Source: Octopus bimaculoides
Lineage: Eukaryota
Length of the DNA stretch: 57,231 nucleotides
Direction of reading: 5' to 3'
Assembly: GCF_001194135.2 (NCBI RefSeq)
Contig: NC_068999.1
Span: forward strand, 16,904,417 to 16,961,647
Position 1 is the stretch's first letter; every line of letters starts with the position of its first letter. The notes beneath the pieces are model-generated. The model saw nothing but the letters and a program-made list of their open reading frames with translations, made no database searches and had not been told where the DNA came from. The position numbers and the translations under genes are program-made. Below, in pieces: positions 39,727-50,764 of this stretch.

Positions 39727-39760
<34 letters not shown>

Positions 39761-40149
39761 NNNNNNNNNNNNNNNNNNNNNNNNNNNNNNNNNNNNNNNN
39801 NNNNNNNNNNNNNNNNNNNNNNNNNNNNNNNNNNNNNNNNNNNNNNNNNNNNNNNNNNNNNNNNNNNNNNNNNNNNNNNNNNNNNNNNNNNNNNNNNNNN
39901 NNNNNNNNNNNNNNNNNNNNNNNNNNNNNNNNNNNNNNNNNNNNNNNNNNNNNNNNNNNNNNNNNNNNNNNNNNNNNNNNNNNNNNNNNNNNNNNNNNNN
40001 NNNNNNNNNNNNNNNNNNNNNNNNNNNNNNNNNNNNNNNNNNNNNNNNNNNNNNNNNNNNNNNNNNNNNNNNNNNNNNNNNNNNNNNNNNNNNNNNNNNN
40101 NNNNNNNNNNNNNNNNNNNNNNNNNNNNNNNNNNNNNNNNNNNNNNNNN

Positions 40150-40207
40150 NNACTACTATTACAATTACTGCTTTTATATTTCTCATCTTCATCCTAATCA
40201 TCATCAA

Positions 40208-40242
<35 letters not shown>

Positions 40243-40267
40243 GTAGTAGCAGCTGCCGCAACAGTAG

Positions 40268-40300
<33 letters not shown>

Positions 40301-40375
40301 CAGCAGTAGCAGTAGTAGTAGTAGTAGTAGTAGTAGCAGCAGCAGCAGCAGCAGTATTATAGTAGCAGCAGTAAT
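40150..40375. repeat. (CAT)n, (AGT)n and (AGC)n microsatellites
   Basis: Direct sequence. Confidence 0.9.
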
Positions 40376-40750
40376 ATAATTGTTACTATTAATTGGCAAG
40401 TGTTACAAGGTGAATGAAGGTGATTTAAAGGTGAAACGTTTCATGTGATAATCCCGATGCACGTAACTCTCGGCCTTTGAGTCATTACACTGCTTCTGTC
40501 ATTTGAAGATCCTGTTTTACTACTAAATATACGCGCACACATACAAATAACAGCCACATATACAAACTAAAAAAACACACATATGTATAGATAGAGAGAC
40601 AAATAGATACATAGATATATTGATTTATTTGATGATTGATTGAGTTATAAATCAATAAAGATATATATATAATCAAATATAAATTAGAAGCATCACTAGT
40701 GTATAATATGGTTATCGATCACATATACTTAATCCAGAAAGATATCGTTC

Positions 40751-40990
40751 TGGCCGGTCGACTGCCCTGGCGTGGTGAAGAATGCTCTCTCAAATTGCTG
40801 AATGTTAAAACACCTGAGAGTCATGGACGAAGAAGACAATTCACCGCATTTCCCATTGAGGCGCGATGCCCGTCACTCCTAGATTGGATTAGATCTGAGT
40901 TATCTCGCCTGTCCATGACTCTCAGGTATTTTAATACCCGTCGCTTTGAAAGACTAATCTTCACTACTCCATACCGCAGCATACCGGTAA
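40751..40990. mobile_element. Foldback/MITE-like element
   Basis: gtggtgaagaat...ttaaaacacctgagagtcatggac pairs with gtccatgactctcaggtattttaa...atcttcactac; the inner 24 bp match 23/24. Confidence 0.65.
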
Positions 40991-41831
40991 ATACACAAGG
41001 CATGTATGTTAAATGTATGTTAACTAGTCGTTAACATATATATATATATANNNNNNNNNNNNNNNNNNNNNNNNNNNNNNNNNNNNNNNNNNNNNNNNNN
41101 NNNNNNNNNNNNNNNNNNNNNNNNNNNNNNNNNNNNNNNNNNNNNNNNNNNNNNNNNNNNNNNNNNNNNNNNNNNNNNNNNNNNNNNNNNNNNNNNNNNN
41201 NNNNNNNNNNNNNNNNNNNNNNNNNNNNNNNNNNNNNNNNNNNNNNNNNNNNNNNNNNNNNNNNNNNNNNNNNNNNNNNNNNNNNNNNNNNNNNNNNNNN
41301 NNNNNNNNNNNNNNNNNNNNNNNNNNNNNNNNNNNNNNNNNNNNNNNNNNNNNNNNNNNNNNNNNNNNNNNNNNNNNNNNNNNNNNNNNNNNNNNNNNNN
41401 NNNNNNNNNNNNNNNNNNNNNNNNNNNNNNNNNNNNNNNNNNNNNNNNNNNNNNNNNNNNNNNNNNNNNNNNNNNNNNNNNNNNNNNNNNNNNNNNNNNN
41501 NNNNNNNNNNNNNNNNNNNNNNNNNNNNNNNNNNNNNNNNNNNNNNNNNNNNNNNNNNNNNNNNNNNNNNNNNNNNNNNNNNNNNNNNNNNNNNNNNNNN
41601 NNNNNNNNNNNNNNNNNNNNNNNNNNNNNNNNNNNNNNNNNNNNNNNNNNNNNNNNNNNNNNNNNNNNNNNNNNNNNNNNNNNNNNNNNNNNNNNNNNNN
41701 NNNNNNNNNNNNNNNNAATTAAGTTACACAACATTTGCACGTGCATGAGGCACGTGCATTAAATAAATATACGCTTACATTTTTGTATGTATGTATCGCT
41801 CTCTCTCTCTCTCTATAAATATATATATATG

Positions 41832-42015
41832 GGAGAACGTACGAAAAAACAACAACAGACGAGGACAGGTGGTGTAAATAACAAAAGGATGTATTAGTAT
41901 GACGCTCGGGAATACGGAAATTCTTTGACGTTTCGAGCTACGCTCTTCAACAGAAAGAATACGGAGACAAGGAGAAAAACACGGAGAAAAAATTGAATAG
42001 TATTCAGTCAACGGT
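41832..42015 (-). mobile_element. Solo Penelope-type terminal repeat-like sequence
   Basis: Non-coding repeat-like island after (CT)/(TA) tracts that carries a hammerhead-like core. PLE terminal repeats are known carriers of minimal type I hammerheads; assignment to PLE is inference. Confidence 0.55.
41920..41960 (-). ncRNA. Minimal type I hammerhead ribozyme-like motif (core variant CUGUUGA)
   Basis: Minus strand: AUUCUUU-CUGUUGA-A-GAGC-GUA-GCUC-GAAA-CG-UC-AAAGAAU. Stem I 7 bp perfect, stem II 4 bp, stem III reduced to the palindrome ACGU, GUC cleavage triplet. Confidence 0.55.
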
Positions 42016-43030
42016 CAATCATCTGTCTGTCTGTCTATCTCTGTTTTCTCATCCAAGACAGAGGCGAGTATCAACGTTCCAGCGTGGCAGACTTAATAAT
42101 TGCTGAGGATGCTCAGCATGAAACCAATGGTAACTTTCTCAACCCATAAAGAAATTACACGAGCCCACGCGCACGCACATACACGCATAAACACACAAAC
42201 ACACGCATGCACACACACACACATGTAATATGTATATTCACGTGTTGTATAGACCACGAAAAAATGATCTGGTGTTAGAACACAGTTTCATATGCTTCAG
42301 AATATAGCGTTACTTTGTGCACGGAGCGTAATATGGAAGTATATATGTACATGATCGATGAACAGGAAAATATGAAATTGCCTTTTAATTTAGAAGGTCC
42401 GACAAATCTAAGGGATGCACAAGCATTTAGCTCTGACTGCATTGTATCTTATGGCAGAAACAGCTGTAAGCTAATGGAGTTCATTGCCTAATTTTCCGAT
42501 CTTTTCTATACACACACACGCACACAGATACACACACACATATATATAAATGTACGAGAAATTATTGTAGACAATGGCCAGATAGAGATACCCTCAAACT
42601 AGGAACCTGCTCTGCATGCTAGCAACTGAGTAGACACCTTTAAAGACACCTAAGGTTTTGGTTCGTTGTGTTAAACTGGGTTACGAACGAAGTCTGTTAC
42701 TCTTGAAGGCCATATCAGGAACTGAACTGAGTATGCAAATAGCCTAAAGCGGATTCAGAGAACTTCAGTCCAACGATTTTGCAGCTCCGTGAGATTTGAA
42801 TGTAGTGAGCAGAATATATGGTCAAATACCACGAAATATTTTGCTGCACTCTCTAATGAGTTTGTCAATATATGCATAAGGGCATCGATCGAAGATATAA
42901 GAAAATTTTCTATAGAATTTGAGTTAAGTCGTCATGTATTTACAGAAAATATATAAAGACTTTGCCGGTGTAACCTGAAACTATCCAGTACGATCACGCA
43001 AATCTATATTTTCTATGTGAATGGAATAAC

Positions 43031-43047
43031 TTTCATGTCTTTTAAAG

Positions 43048-43136
<89 letters not shown>
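43031..43136. repeat. (TA)n microsatellite, about 50 units
   Basis: Direct sequence. Confidence 0.97.
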
Positions 43137-43139
<3 letters not shown>

Positions 43140-43140
43140 T

Positions 43141-43390
43141 AAATGCGCCCTTTTAAAGCCTAGCCAGGCTCATGGGCCCGGTTTCCCGATTTCAATGGTG
43201 TACGTGTTCCCCAGCTGGACGGGACGCCAGTCCATCACAGCGTTGCTCAGTTTTGCCAGCTAAGTGGACTGGAGCAACGTGAAATGAAGTGTTTTGCTCA
43301 AGAACACGACGCATCGCCCGGTCCAGGAATCGAAACCACAATCTTACGATCATGGTGCAGACACCCTAACCACTAATCCATGCGCATCCA
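43141..43390 (-). mobile_element. tRNA-derived SINE family C, full length
   Basis: Minus strand: gtggatgcgcatggattagtggttagggtg (A-box), ggtttcgattcc (B-box), then conserved-domain-like gtgttcttgagcaaaacacttcatttcac. Confidence 0.88.
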
Positions 43391-44329
43391 CACACACACA
43401 CACACACACACATACATGCATACATATATATACATATTTCGAAGGCATTGAGTTATTGAGCTAAAGTCTCCCTTGCAGGTAATTGTGAATATAACTATAG
43501 GAGTCATCCCGAAGTACTCATCGAAATGGTTCCTCCAGTCAATGAGAAACAAATAGAGACACCCTACTATATACTATCCCATGGTATCTAGAAATTAATA
43601 CTGAATATATTAAAAATATTAAGAATGGTTCTTCTTATAGGACACGCTTTCCCATTATGCAATCCGAAATGCACGAAGTCTGTTTTTGACATTTTTACAG
43701 CTTTTGCCCTTTTAATAATATGATCGGAATTATTAAAGTATTGCATGGACGTCCTTTGCTGTTTTTTAATGAAATTCCTGCTACCAACTGGTGACAATAT
43801 TTAGCACATAATTTGTTTGCGATGCTCAGTAACACAGTCATATAATTTTAAAAAAATATCTCAATATTCATGTACTCATTGGCACTAAAACATTATAAAC
43901 ATTATAAACATTTCCTGCGTTATGAGAATTGTATGAACAACGTACTGAAGACACGAAATCTCATTACGTTTATACAGATGAAAATATGTAAAAAGCAATT
44001 TCTGTGCAAAGCAATGCAGAGACGAATAGACGAACGTGTGAGGTGGATTTTGTAACATTAAGTCACGATGTCCTGTTCAGTAATCATAGCTCTCTCGCAA
44101 ATATATATTCGTTCTTATTTCCGTAGCATGGCGTTCCTACTAACATATGAACTTCTGTATATGCAATAAATAATTTCATTTCTAAATTGTGATTTAAAAT
44201 GTATGTAAGATGTCATTCCTGTTGTTACTAACGTAACTACATTTTTTATTTCTGTATAAGATTTCATTCAATCATTTCCAAACAAGAACTGCTAAGTAGC
44301 AGAATAGTTAGAGTCTCAGAAAAAAGGAA

Positions 44330-44515
44330 AATCAAACTGCTGTTCTCAATACTTGTTCAGGCTTTTGTCCTCGTGAATTCAAATTCCAAAGAGGTTAACT
44401 TTACCTTTAATCCAACTAGAGTCGGTAAAATAGAATACCAGTCAAGTACGTTTAGTCCATTGTATGGCCTTACCTCCTCACTTCAAAATTGTCTACGGAT
44501 TAAATTAGAAACGCT
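44330..44515 (+). mobile_element. SINE family A, decayed, sense orientation
   Basis: gtgaattcaaattcc..agaggttaactttacctttaatcc...ggtaaaat..taccagtcaagtac. Confidence 0.55.
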
Positions 44516-44784
44516 TTCATTTCCAATCATTATTAGGATATTAATAGTGCATAAAATACTTCTATTTTGTTAAATATGAACAGTCCTTAAAGCTGAAGAG
44601 ATTGATTCAAAGGGGTTAGAAGCTTGAACGTGAACATATGAATTTTATTGGCGAGAGAATTAAGGAGGTTGACGAAAGCAAATGCTTCCTTATGCACACA
44701 CATGCACACGTTCATAGATGTGCGTTTGTGGGTGCGAGTGAGTGCATGGGCATGTGTGCGTGTATGTGTGTGTGTGTCTGTGTG

Positions 44785-44831
<47 letters not shown>

Positions 44832-45127
44832 ACGCGTGTTAAAATATGTGTCTCTGTATGCGTGTTCACTTTTCTGACTTTTACAAGTTTATGAAAAGTT
44901 AAAAATATGGCGAACATGTGCCTGTGTTACGCATTACACAACCTCAAATACAAAACAATATCTAAAACAAGAAATTTCCAACATAAGGAAACAATGATAT
45001 GTAAATATATAAAGTTATGCATCACAATAGAAACAAGTACATTTATTCAACTTAGAATATTGATGGGTCCCGCTAGTTATAACACAAATTGGATTGTATT
45101 GATTTTCTTCATTTATACCTCCGTTCA

Positions 45128-45273
45128 TCATTATGCAGAGCGAAATAGAATTGACCAAGTATTCCTTGGCCTGTTTGAGACATCATATCAATTCCATACT
45201 TCATTATGCGCAGCGAAATAGAATTGATCAAATCTTCTTTAACATGTTTGAAACAACATTTCCATTCCATAGA
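45128..45273. repeat. Diverged tandem duplication, 2 x 73 bp
   Basis: tcattatgcagagcgaaatagaattgaccaa... at 45128 and tcattatgcgcagcgaaatagaattgatcaa... at 45201. Confidence 0.85.
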
Positions 45274-46150
45274 TAGCAACAAAATATTTTAACTCTTCTT
45301 CTTGAGATTAAATAACGCCAGAAAACTTTAAATTGATATGCATTGGCGTATAATGTTTCTTCATTATAAACGAAGATATCTATGCATTTGCCAATAGTGA
45401 ACAACGATGAAAATGTAAATTTTCCCGCTAAATATCAATATAATCTTGTTACATCTATATTATTTAAAAGTGATACAGAATAGCTGAAATAAAACAATTT
45501 TATTCACACAAAATATAGTGACTTGATTAGCTTTCAATATGACATGTTTACGCCAGTATCATAGAAAGAAATGATACAGAAACTGCAAAATTGCTAAAGT
45601 AGCGATGGATTTAAGTAATTTAAGAAGACAAGGAAATACTAACTGCTTAGCGATGCATTTTCCATCACTTAGCAGTCTTCACAGGAGGATCTCAAGAGTA
45701 ACTGACATACTTGTACGAATATACCAGTAAAGAAATAGCAATAAAGAATGTGTCTATGATTGCTGACTGCCGAGACATAAAGTACACATCTTATAATTTA
45801 CATATTTTAATGCACATTCGCAATTTAGATTTTCTCATGACAGATTAAAAATACTCCTTTAGTTACGCATGCGATAAATGAATTCATGAAGCTATTTATG
45901 GTGGTTTATTTGCATTACTATAAATAAAATACTAATTAGATAATATGTACATTCATAATAAGAACGTGTACAAAATGCTTTATAGCCATTTATTTAATGT
46001 GCAATCTCAATTCCTACACAATGCTGATCACCTGTTGAAACAATAAACTTCCTCAATATCCATTTCTAAGTTTAAAGATTAGAAATTTGTGGTTGGTGAA
46101 AAAGGAAGATGCTTAAAATTCGGTATCGTTGAAACTATATGAAAAAGTAA

Positions 46151-46510
46151 GGCGCAGGCGTGGCTATGTGGTAAGAAGTTTGCTTCCTAACAACATGTTT
46201 CCAAGTTCAGTCCGACTGTGAGGCACTTTGAACAAATGTCCTCGATCAAAGGTTTGTGGGTGGATTGGTTAGACGGAAACCGAAAGGAACCCGTTGTATA
46301 AAATTTATGTGTGTGTGTGTCTTTGTGTATGTTTTTCCCTAACACCGCTTCACAACCTGGGTTGGTTTCTTTACTTCCCCGTCACTTAGTGGCTCAGCAA
46401 AAGTGATCGATAAAATAAGTACTAGGCTTTAAATATGAGTACTGGAGTTGAATCGTTGGACGATAAAAATGCTCAAGGCGGCGCCCTAATGATTGAAACA
46501 AGTAAGAGGT
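46151..46510 (+). mobile_element. SINE family B, near full length
   Basis: aggcgcaggcgtggctatgtggtaagaagtttgcttcc...gttcagtcc...ggaaaccgaaagg...aaataagtactaggct; collinear with 19515-19912. Confidence 0.85.
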
Positions 46511-46739
46511 AAAAGGTGTCTGTGTATGTGAGAGAGAGAGAGAAAGAGAGGGAGAGAAAGAGGGAGAGAAAGAAAGAGAGAGAGGGAACCTCTCCAACCT
46601 AGAAATCCTTAATTATCAACCTAGCATAAGATTATTAATGAAGATAATGAAGCCATGCAACATCAATGAATGTTATAATACAAACAAACAAAAAAGCACC
46701 ATAAAACATGAACCCATTAACAAGTTCAACCTTACGAGA

Positions 46740-47900
46740 GAAAAGGGACTTCAGAATAACGCGGCCCAAATATATAGAAGATTCAGTGACAACAAGCTTA
46801 GTTAACATATATCCCTATTTTCAGTAGCCTAAGGGCGTCACAATGTTCCGTGTCAGTATCATTCTAGACCATATTCAGCTTTAACATATTTACATAGATA
46901 ACGGAGCTCAAGATATTTACATTGTTTCTGTTGTCAAATCTTTGGCAGAATGTGTTTAGAAAGTAATGCGTGCCTTGCCAAGTTTGCTATAATTAAGAGA
47001 GTAGCCGAGGAAATAGTGGGGGTCAGGATGAAAAGAGTGGTGACCTAGTTGTTACACTTGGAACACAATATGTAGAATGTAATCTCCAACTATTTAGAAT
47101 CAAACCCATTGGGAGTTGTCAACCGTATTCTAGTTAATGGTGATAAGTTAATTAATGTCAGATAATCTACTAATCTCTCAATATACTGGAACCATATATT
47201 TAGATTTATCTACACAAAAGTGTAGGGCGTGGGGTAGTAATAAAGGAATACAGGATGGTGAGGGATGGTAACTGGAAAAAGAAAGACAAGAATGGCCAAT
47301 GCTCATTTTGTTTATATTAAAGACGAATATCATAAAAAAGCAAAGGGATGAGTAAGACAAAAGTTAGTGGTGGAATTTAGAATCAGAGGATAAGGGAATA
47401 AGTCTATTATAACTGAGCAAATTTGTAATGTTAAAGCGAGAAAATTTAAATCAATATAGAGAATAAGGTTAGAAATTAAATTTGAAACCTAATAATAGGA
47501 TACCTTTATATATAAGAAAAAAATATATTAACACCTTTCTTAAACATAGTGTATAGAGGATCATGATAAAAGTATTCTATAATGAATGTATAACGGGATT
47601 AAATTATGTGAATAGAAACTTATGGTATACGTGAATAGAAACTTATGGTATACGTGAATAGAAACTTATGGTATACGTTAAACTAATATAAGAAATTTGC
47701 GCTTCATTACGGGTGGATAAATTTAAGATATCATAAGAAATGGTATCCAATATATGGGGTAATTCATTTAGAGATATACCAAATATATAAGGGAGTACGT
47801 TCAGAGAGAATGTTTAAACGGATTTGGGCATATAAAGACTTCATGAATATAATGAATGATTAAAATATATAATGAAATAAGAATTCAGATAACCAGTGAA
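46740..47900 (+). mobile_element. Possible very old LINE ORF2 remnant
   Basis: Purine-rich + strand with weak RT-like fragments (GV.Q, GDLVVT, K..GGI). Many stops; clade not assignable. Confidence 0.2.
47608..47676. repeat. Perfect minisatellite, 3 x 23 bp (gtgaatagaaacttatggtatac)
   Basis: Three identical adjacent units, no spacers. Confidence 0.97.
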
Positions 47901-48244
47901 TTTTATTTTTAAAAAAACTTATAAATTATCAAAAAAAAATTATAGAATTTAAACACTATGAAGGTATAAAAAAGGATATATTAGTGTATCAAAATATCAA
48001 ATATGAAATATAAACATTTATAAAATATGTTTCTTTCCAAAAACAAAAATATAAAAATATAAAATATTTGGTTGTATCCTTTACGTTTGAAGTTGTATTC
48101 TTTATGTTTGAAGTATAAGCGGTCATGTGACTGAAACCGGTATTGAAAAGTTTTTTTATAAAATAATTTCAGCATTTTCTACGTTGACTTATTTTTCTTA
48201 TATATATCAACTCGTGTGTTCCTTTTCAACCCTCTCTCTCTCTC

Positions 48245-48284
<40 letters not shown>

Positions 48285-48475
48285 ACACACACACACACAC
48301 ACACACAAATATTTAAATATATATATATACAAGTGGATGTGTACAAGACATGTATTAAGTTATCGCTCGGTGAAAGAGAAAGAGAGAGAGAGAGGGGGAG
48401 AAAGGGAGAGAGAGAGAGAGAGAGAGAGAGAATCTGATAGAATGATAGATATATATATAGATAGATAGATAGATA

Positions 48476-48638
48476 CGACGTGTTTGACACAGTAGTCGTC
48501 TGCCAAATTCACTGACAAATTATTGGTCCGGCCGGGGCTTGAGTAGCCAACGCTCTCCTTAGGTTTCACGCACTGGGACTCAATTCGGAACAACATGTCT
48601 GGAAAGCGAGCTTGTTAACCAGACAATCATTCCTGCCC
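48476..48638 (-). mobile_element. SINE family B, 5' half, decayed
   Basis: ctgccaaattcact...ggtccggccgggg...gcactgggact...aaagcgagcttgttaacca...ttcctgccc. Confidence 0.7.
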
Positions 48639-49548
48639 GTATATTATATATATATATATATATGAATCTATGAGACACAATTATAATTTTCTCACCGTTA
48701 CCAGTACTTACTTCCATACCATTCATTCATATCGTAAACCGTTTTAGTTAGTCAGTCAGTCAGCTTTATATTCCTATTTGTTATCAGAAATATATTTCAG
48801 CTGCATTTTAAGTACATAATTAAAAATGCCTCTCGACGCAAAAGTATATATGCTGAAACGCTGGTTTCTATTCTCCAAATGGAATTTGTAAGTTGTTAGC
48901 AATTACAATGGGGATTCAGTATGACACGTCGAATGGTTTGCATTTGTACTACATCTAAAGTGTCAGTTGTATCGATCACTGAATATTCCACAGAGATTAA
49001 AGATATTATTACACTGTGTGATTCGCTATTTCACATGCAAACTCATGACAATGATGCCTTTCCATCAAATGATCAACGAAATTAGCATAAAACATACAGG
49101 CTAGTATCTACTAAATTTATTTGAAAGTCAAACGAAGTATAACCTATGCAGTGTCTTGTGAAATTATTTATTCGGCATTCCTTTACTGCTTGCATCGTTC
49201 CAAACTCGGACACCCTACTCACATCTCTCTTTAATCACCGATCTGATAAAACAACAGCTGTAGAACGATGTCTTCTATATACCAGCGCATATGTATGCAT
49301 GTTACTTGTTAAAGTTATCTCTATAGATATTCTATATAAATTATATGACTCACGCATATATATATANNNNNNNNNNNNNNNNNNNNNNNNNNNNNNNNNN
49401 NNNNNNNNNNNNNNNNNNNNNNNNNNNNNNNNNNNNNNNNNNNNNNNNNNNNNNNNNNNNNNNNNNNNNNNNNNNNNNNNNNNNNNNNNNNNNNNNNNNN
49501 NNNNNNNNNNNNNNNNNNNNNNNNNNNNNNNNNNNNNNNNNNNNNNNN

Positions 49549-49606
<58 letters not shown>

Positions 49607-49954
49607 CATATACATGATGGTTTCAGCTAGTACATGTGCGAGAGAAAGGCTTTAGTCTGATACATTTAGACGCTACAGTTTTACAGGTTCCATTACAAGA
49701 ATTGAGCAATTAATCTTGAGCAAAAGTTGAGCAATTAATCTTGATTACCGCCAGAAATATGCGATACTAATTGTAATTGGTTTAGAACTGTTTCTTCGCC
49801 ATCATGTAATCGCATATTTCACTCTATAAATTTATGGGCGTGATTATTCGAGAAATATACACGCAAGTAATTGTTCTGCATTAAAAAACGGGTCATTCGC
49901 ACACTAGTATGTGTGCATATATAGTTAGTTCAGTCATAAAAATAGTAATAATCC

Positions 49955-50167
49955 TTCCTGCTATAGGCACAAGGCGTGAAATTTTGCGTGGGGGGTGGGA
50001 GTCGATCACATCGACCCCAGTACGCAACTGGTACTTGATTTTATTTAGCCTGAATGGATGAAAGGCAAAGTCGACCTAGGCGGAATTTGAACTCAGAACG
50101 TAAAGACGGACAAAATAATGTTAAACCTATTGCCCGGCGTGCAAACGATTCCGTCAAATCACCGCTT
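49955..50167 (-). mobile_element. tRNA-derived SINE family A, near full length
   Basis: ataggcacaaggcgtgaaattttg...atcgaccccagtacgcaactggtact...ggatgaaaggcaaagtcgacc..ggcggaatttgaactcagaacgtaaagacgg; B-box GAGTTCAAATTCC on the minus strand. Confidence 0.92.
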
Positions 50168-50506
50168 TAATAAAGCCAGTAATAATGAAATGAGAGGACA
50201 CTTGGAATATCAAATCAAAACACGTAATTTGTTGTGAACAGTGACTTGAATCTACCTGAATTCCCTAACAATAATTGAGATTTACATGCTAACCTTTCAT
50301 TGGATTGTTGTCTAAAGCAGATGCTATCTCATACATCAGACCTGTTATCAAATGCTATAATTTCTTTTGTTCGTTTTATCACTTATCAATATCTACAGCT
50401 CAAGATTTCTAGTGAGTAACGCGTCGACAGTAATGGAAAACAAACGGTGATTGTTAGATATTACAGAATATTCGATCATTATTATATAAAGATTTTAACT
50501 TAGATA

Positions 50507-50544
50507 AAACAGTCTGGTCATAATGCTTTATGACCAGACTGTTT
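50507..50544. other. Perfect 17-bp inverted repeat with a 4-nt loop
   Basis: aaacagtctggtcataa-tgct-ttatgaccagactgttt. Confidence 0.9.
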
Positions 50545-50722
50545 CGTAAACACAGACTTATAGGATTTGATCGTGCAGTACAACACTTAAAGCATGATTT
50601 TACCATTGCTTTGCTTTGGCCAATAGCTTGTCACTGAAAATTGTTAAGTCGGAAATTGCATAGAAAGCCAAATAGCACAATTATTATATGAGCGATGTGT
50701 GATTGAGCCTATGTACTTGCGT

Positions 50723-50764
<42 letters not shown>

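Noticed and set aside
43290-43390. tRNA gene
   Set aside because: A/B boxes are present, but there is no cloverleaf acceptor stem and the sequence continues into a SINE body.
43479-43590. Open frame after ctcccttgcAG (NCEYNYRSHPEVLIEM...)
   Set aside because: Weak donor, no recognisable homology, and other frames are similarly open.
47608-47676. CRISPR-like 23-bp repeats
   Set aside because: Units are contiguous with no spacers, there are no cas genes, and the context is eukaryotic.
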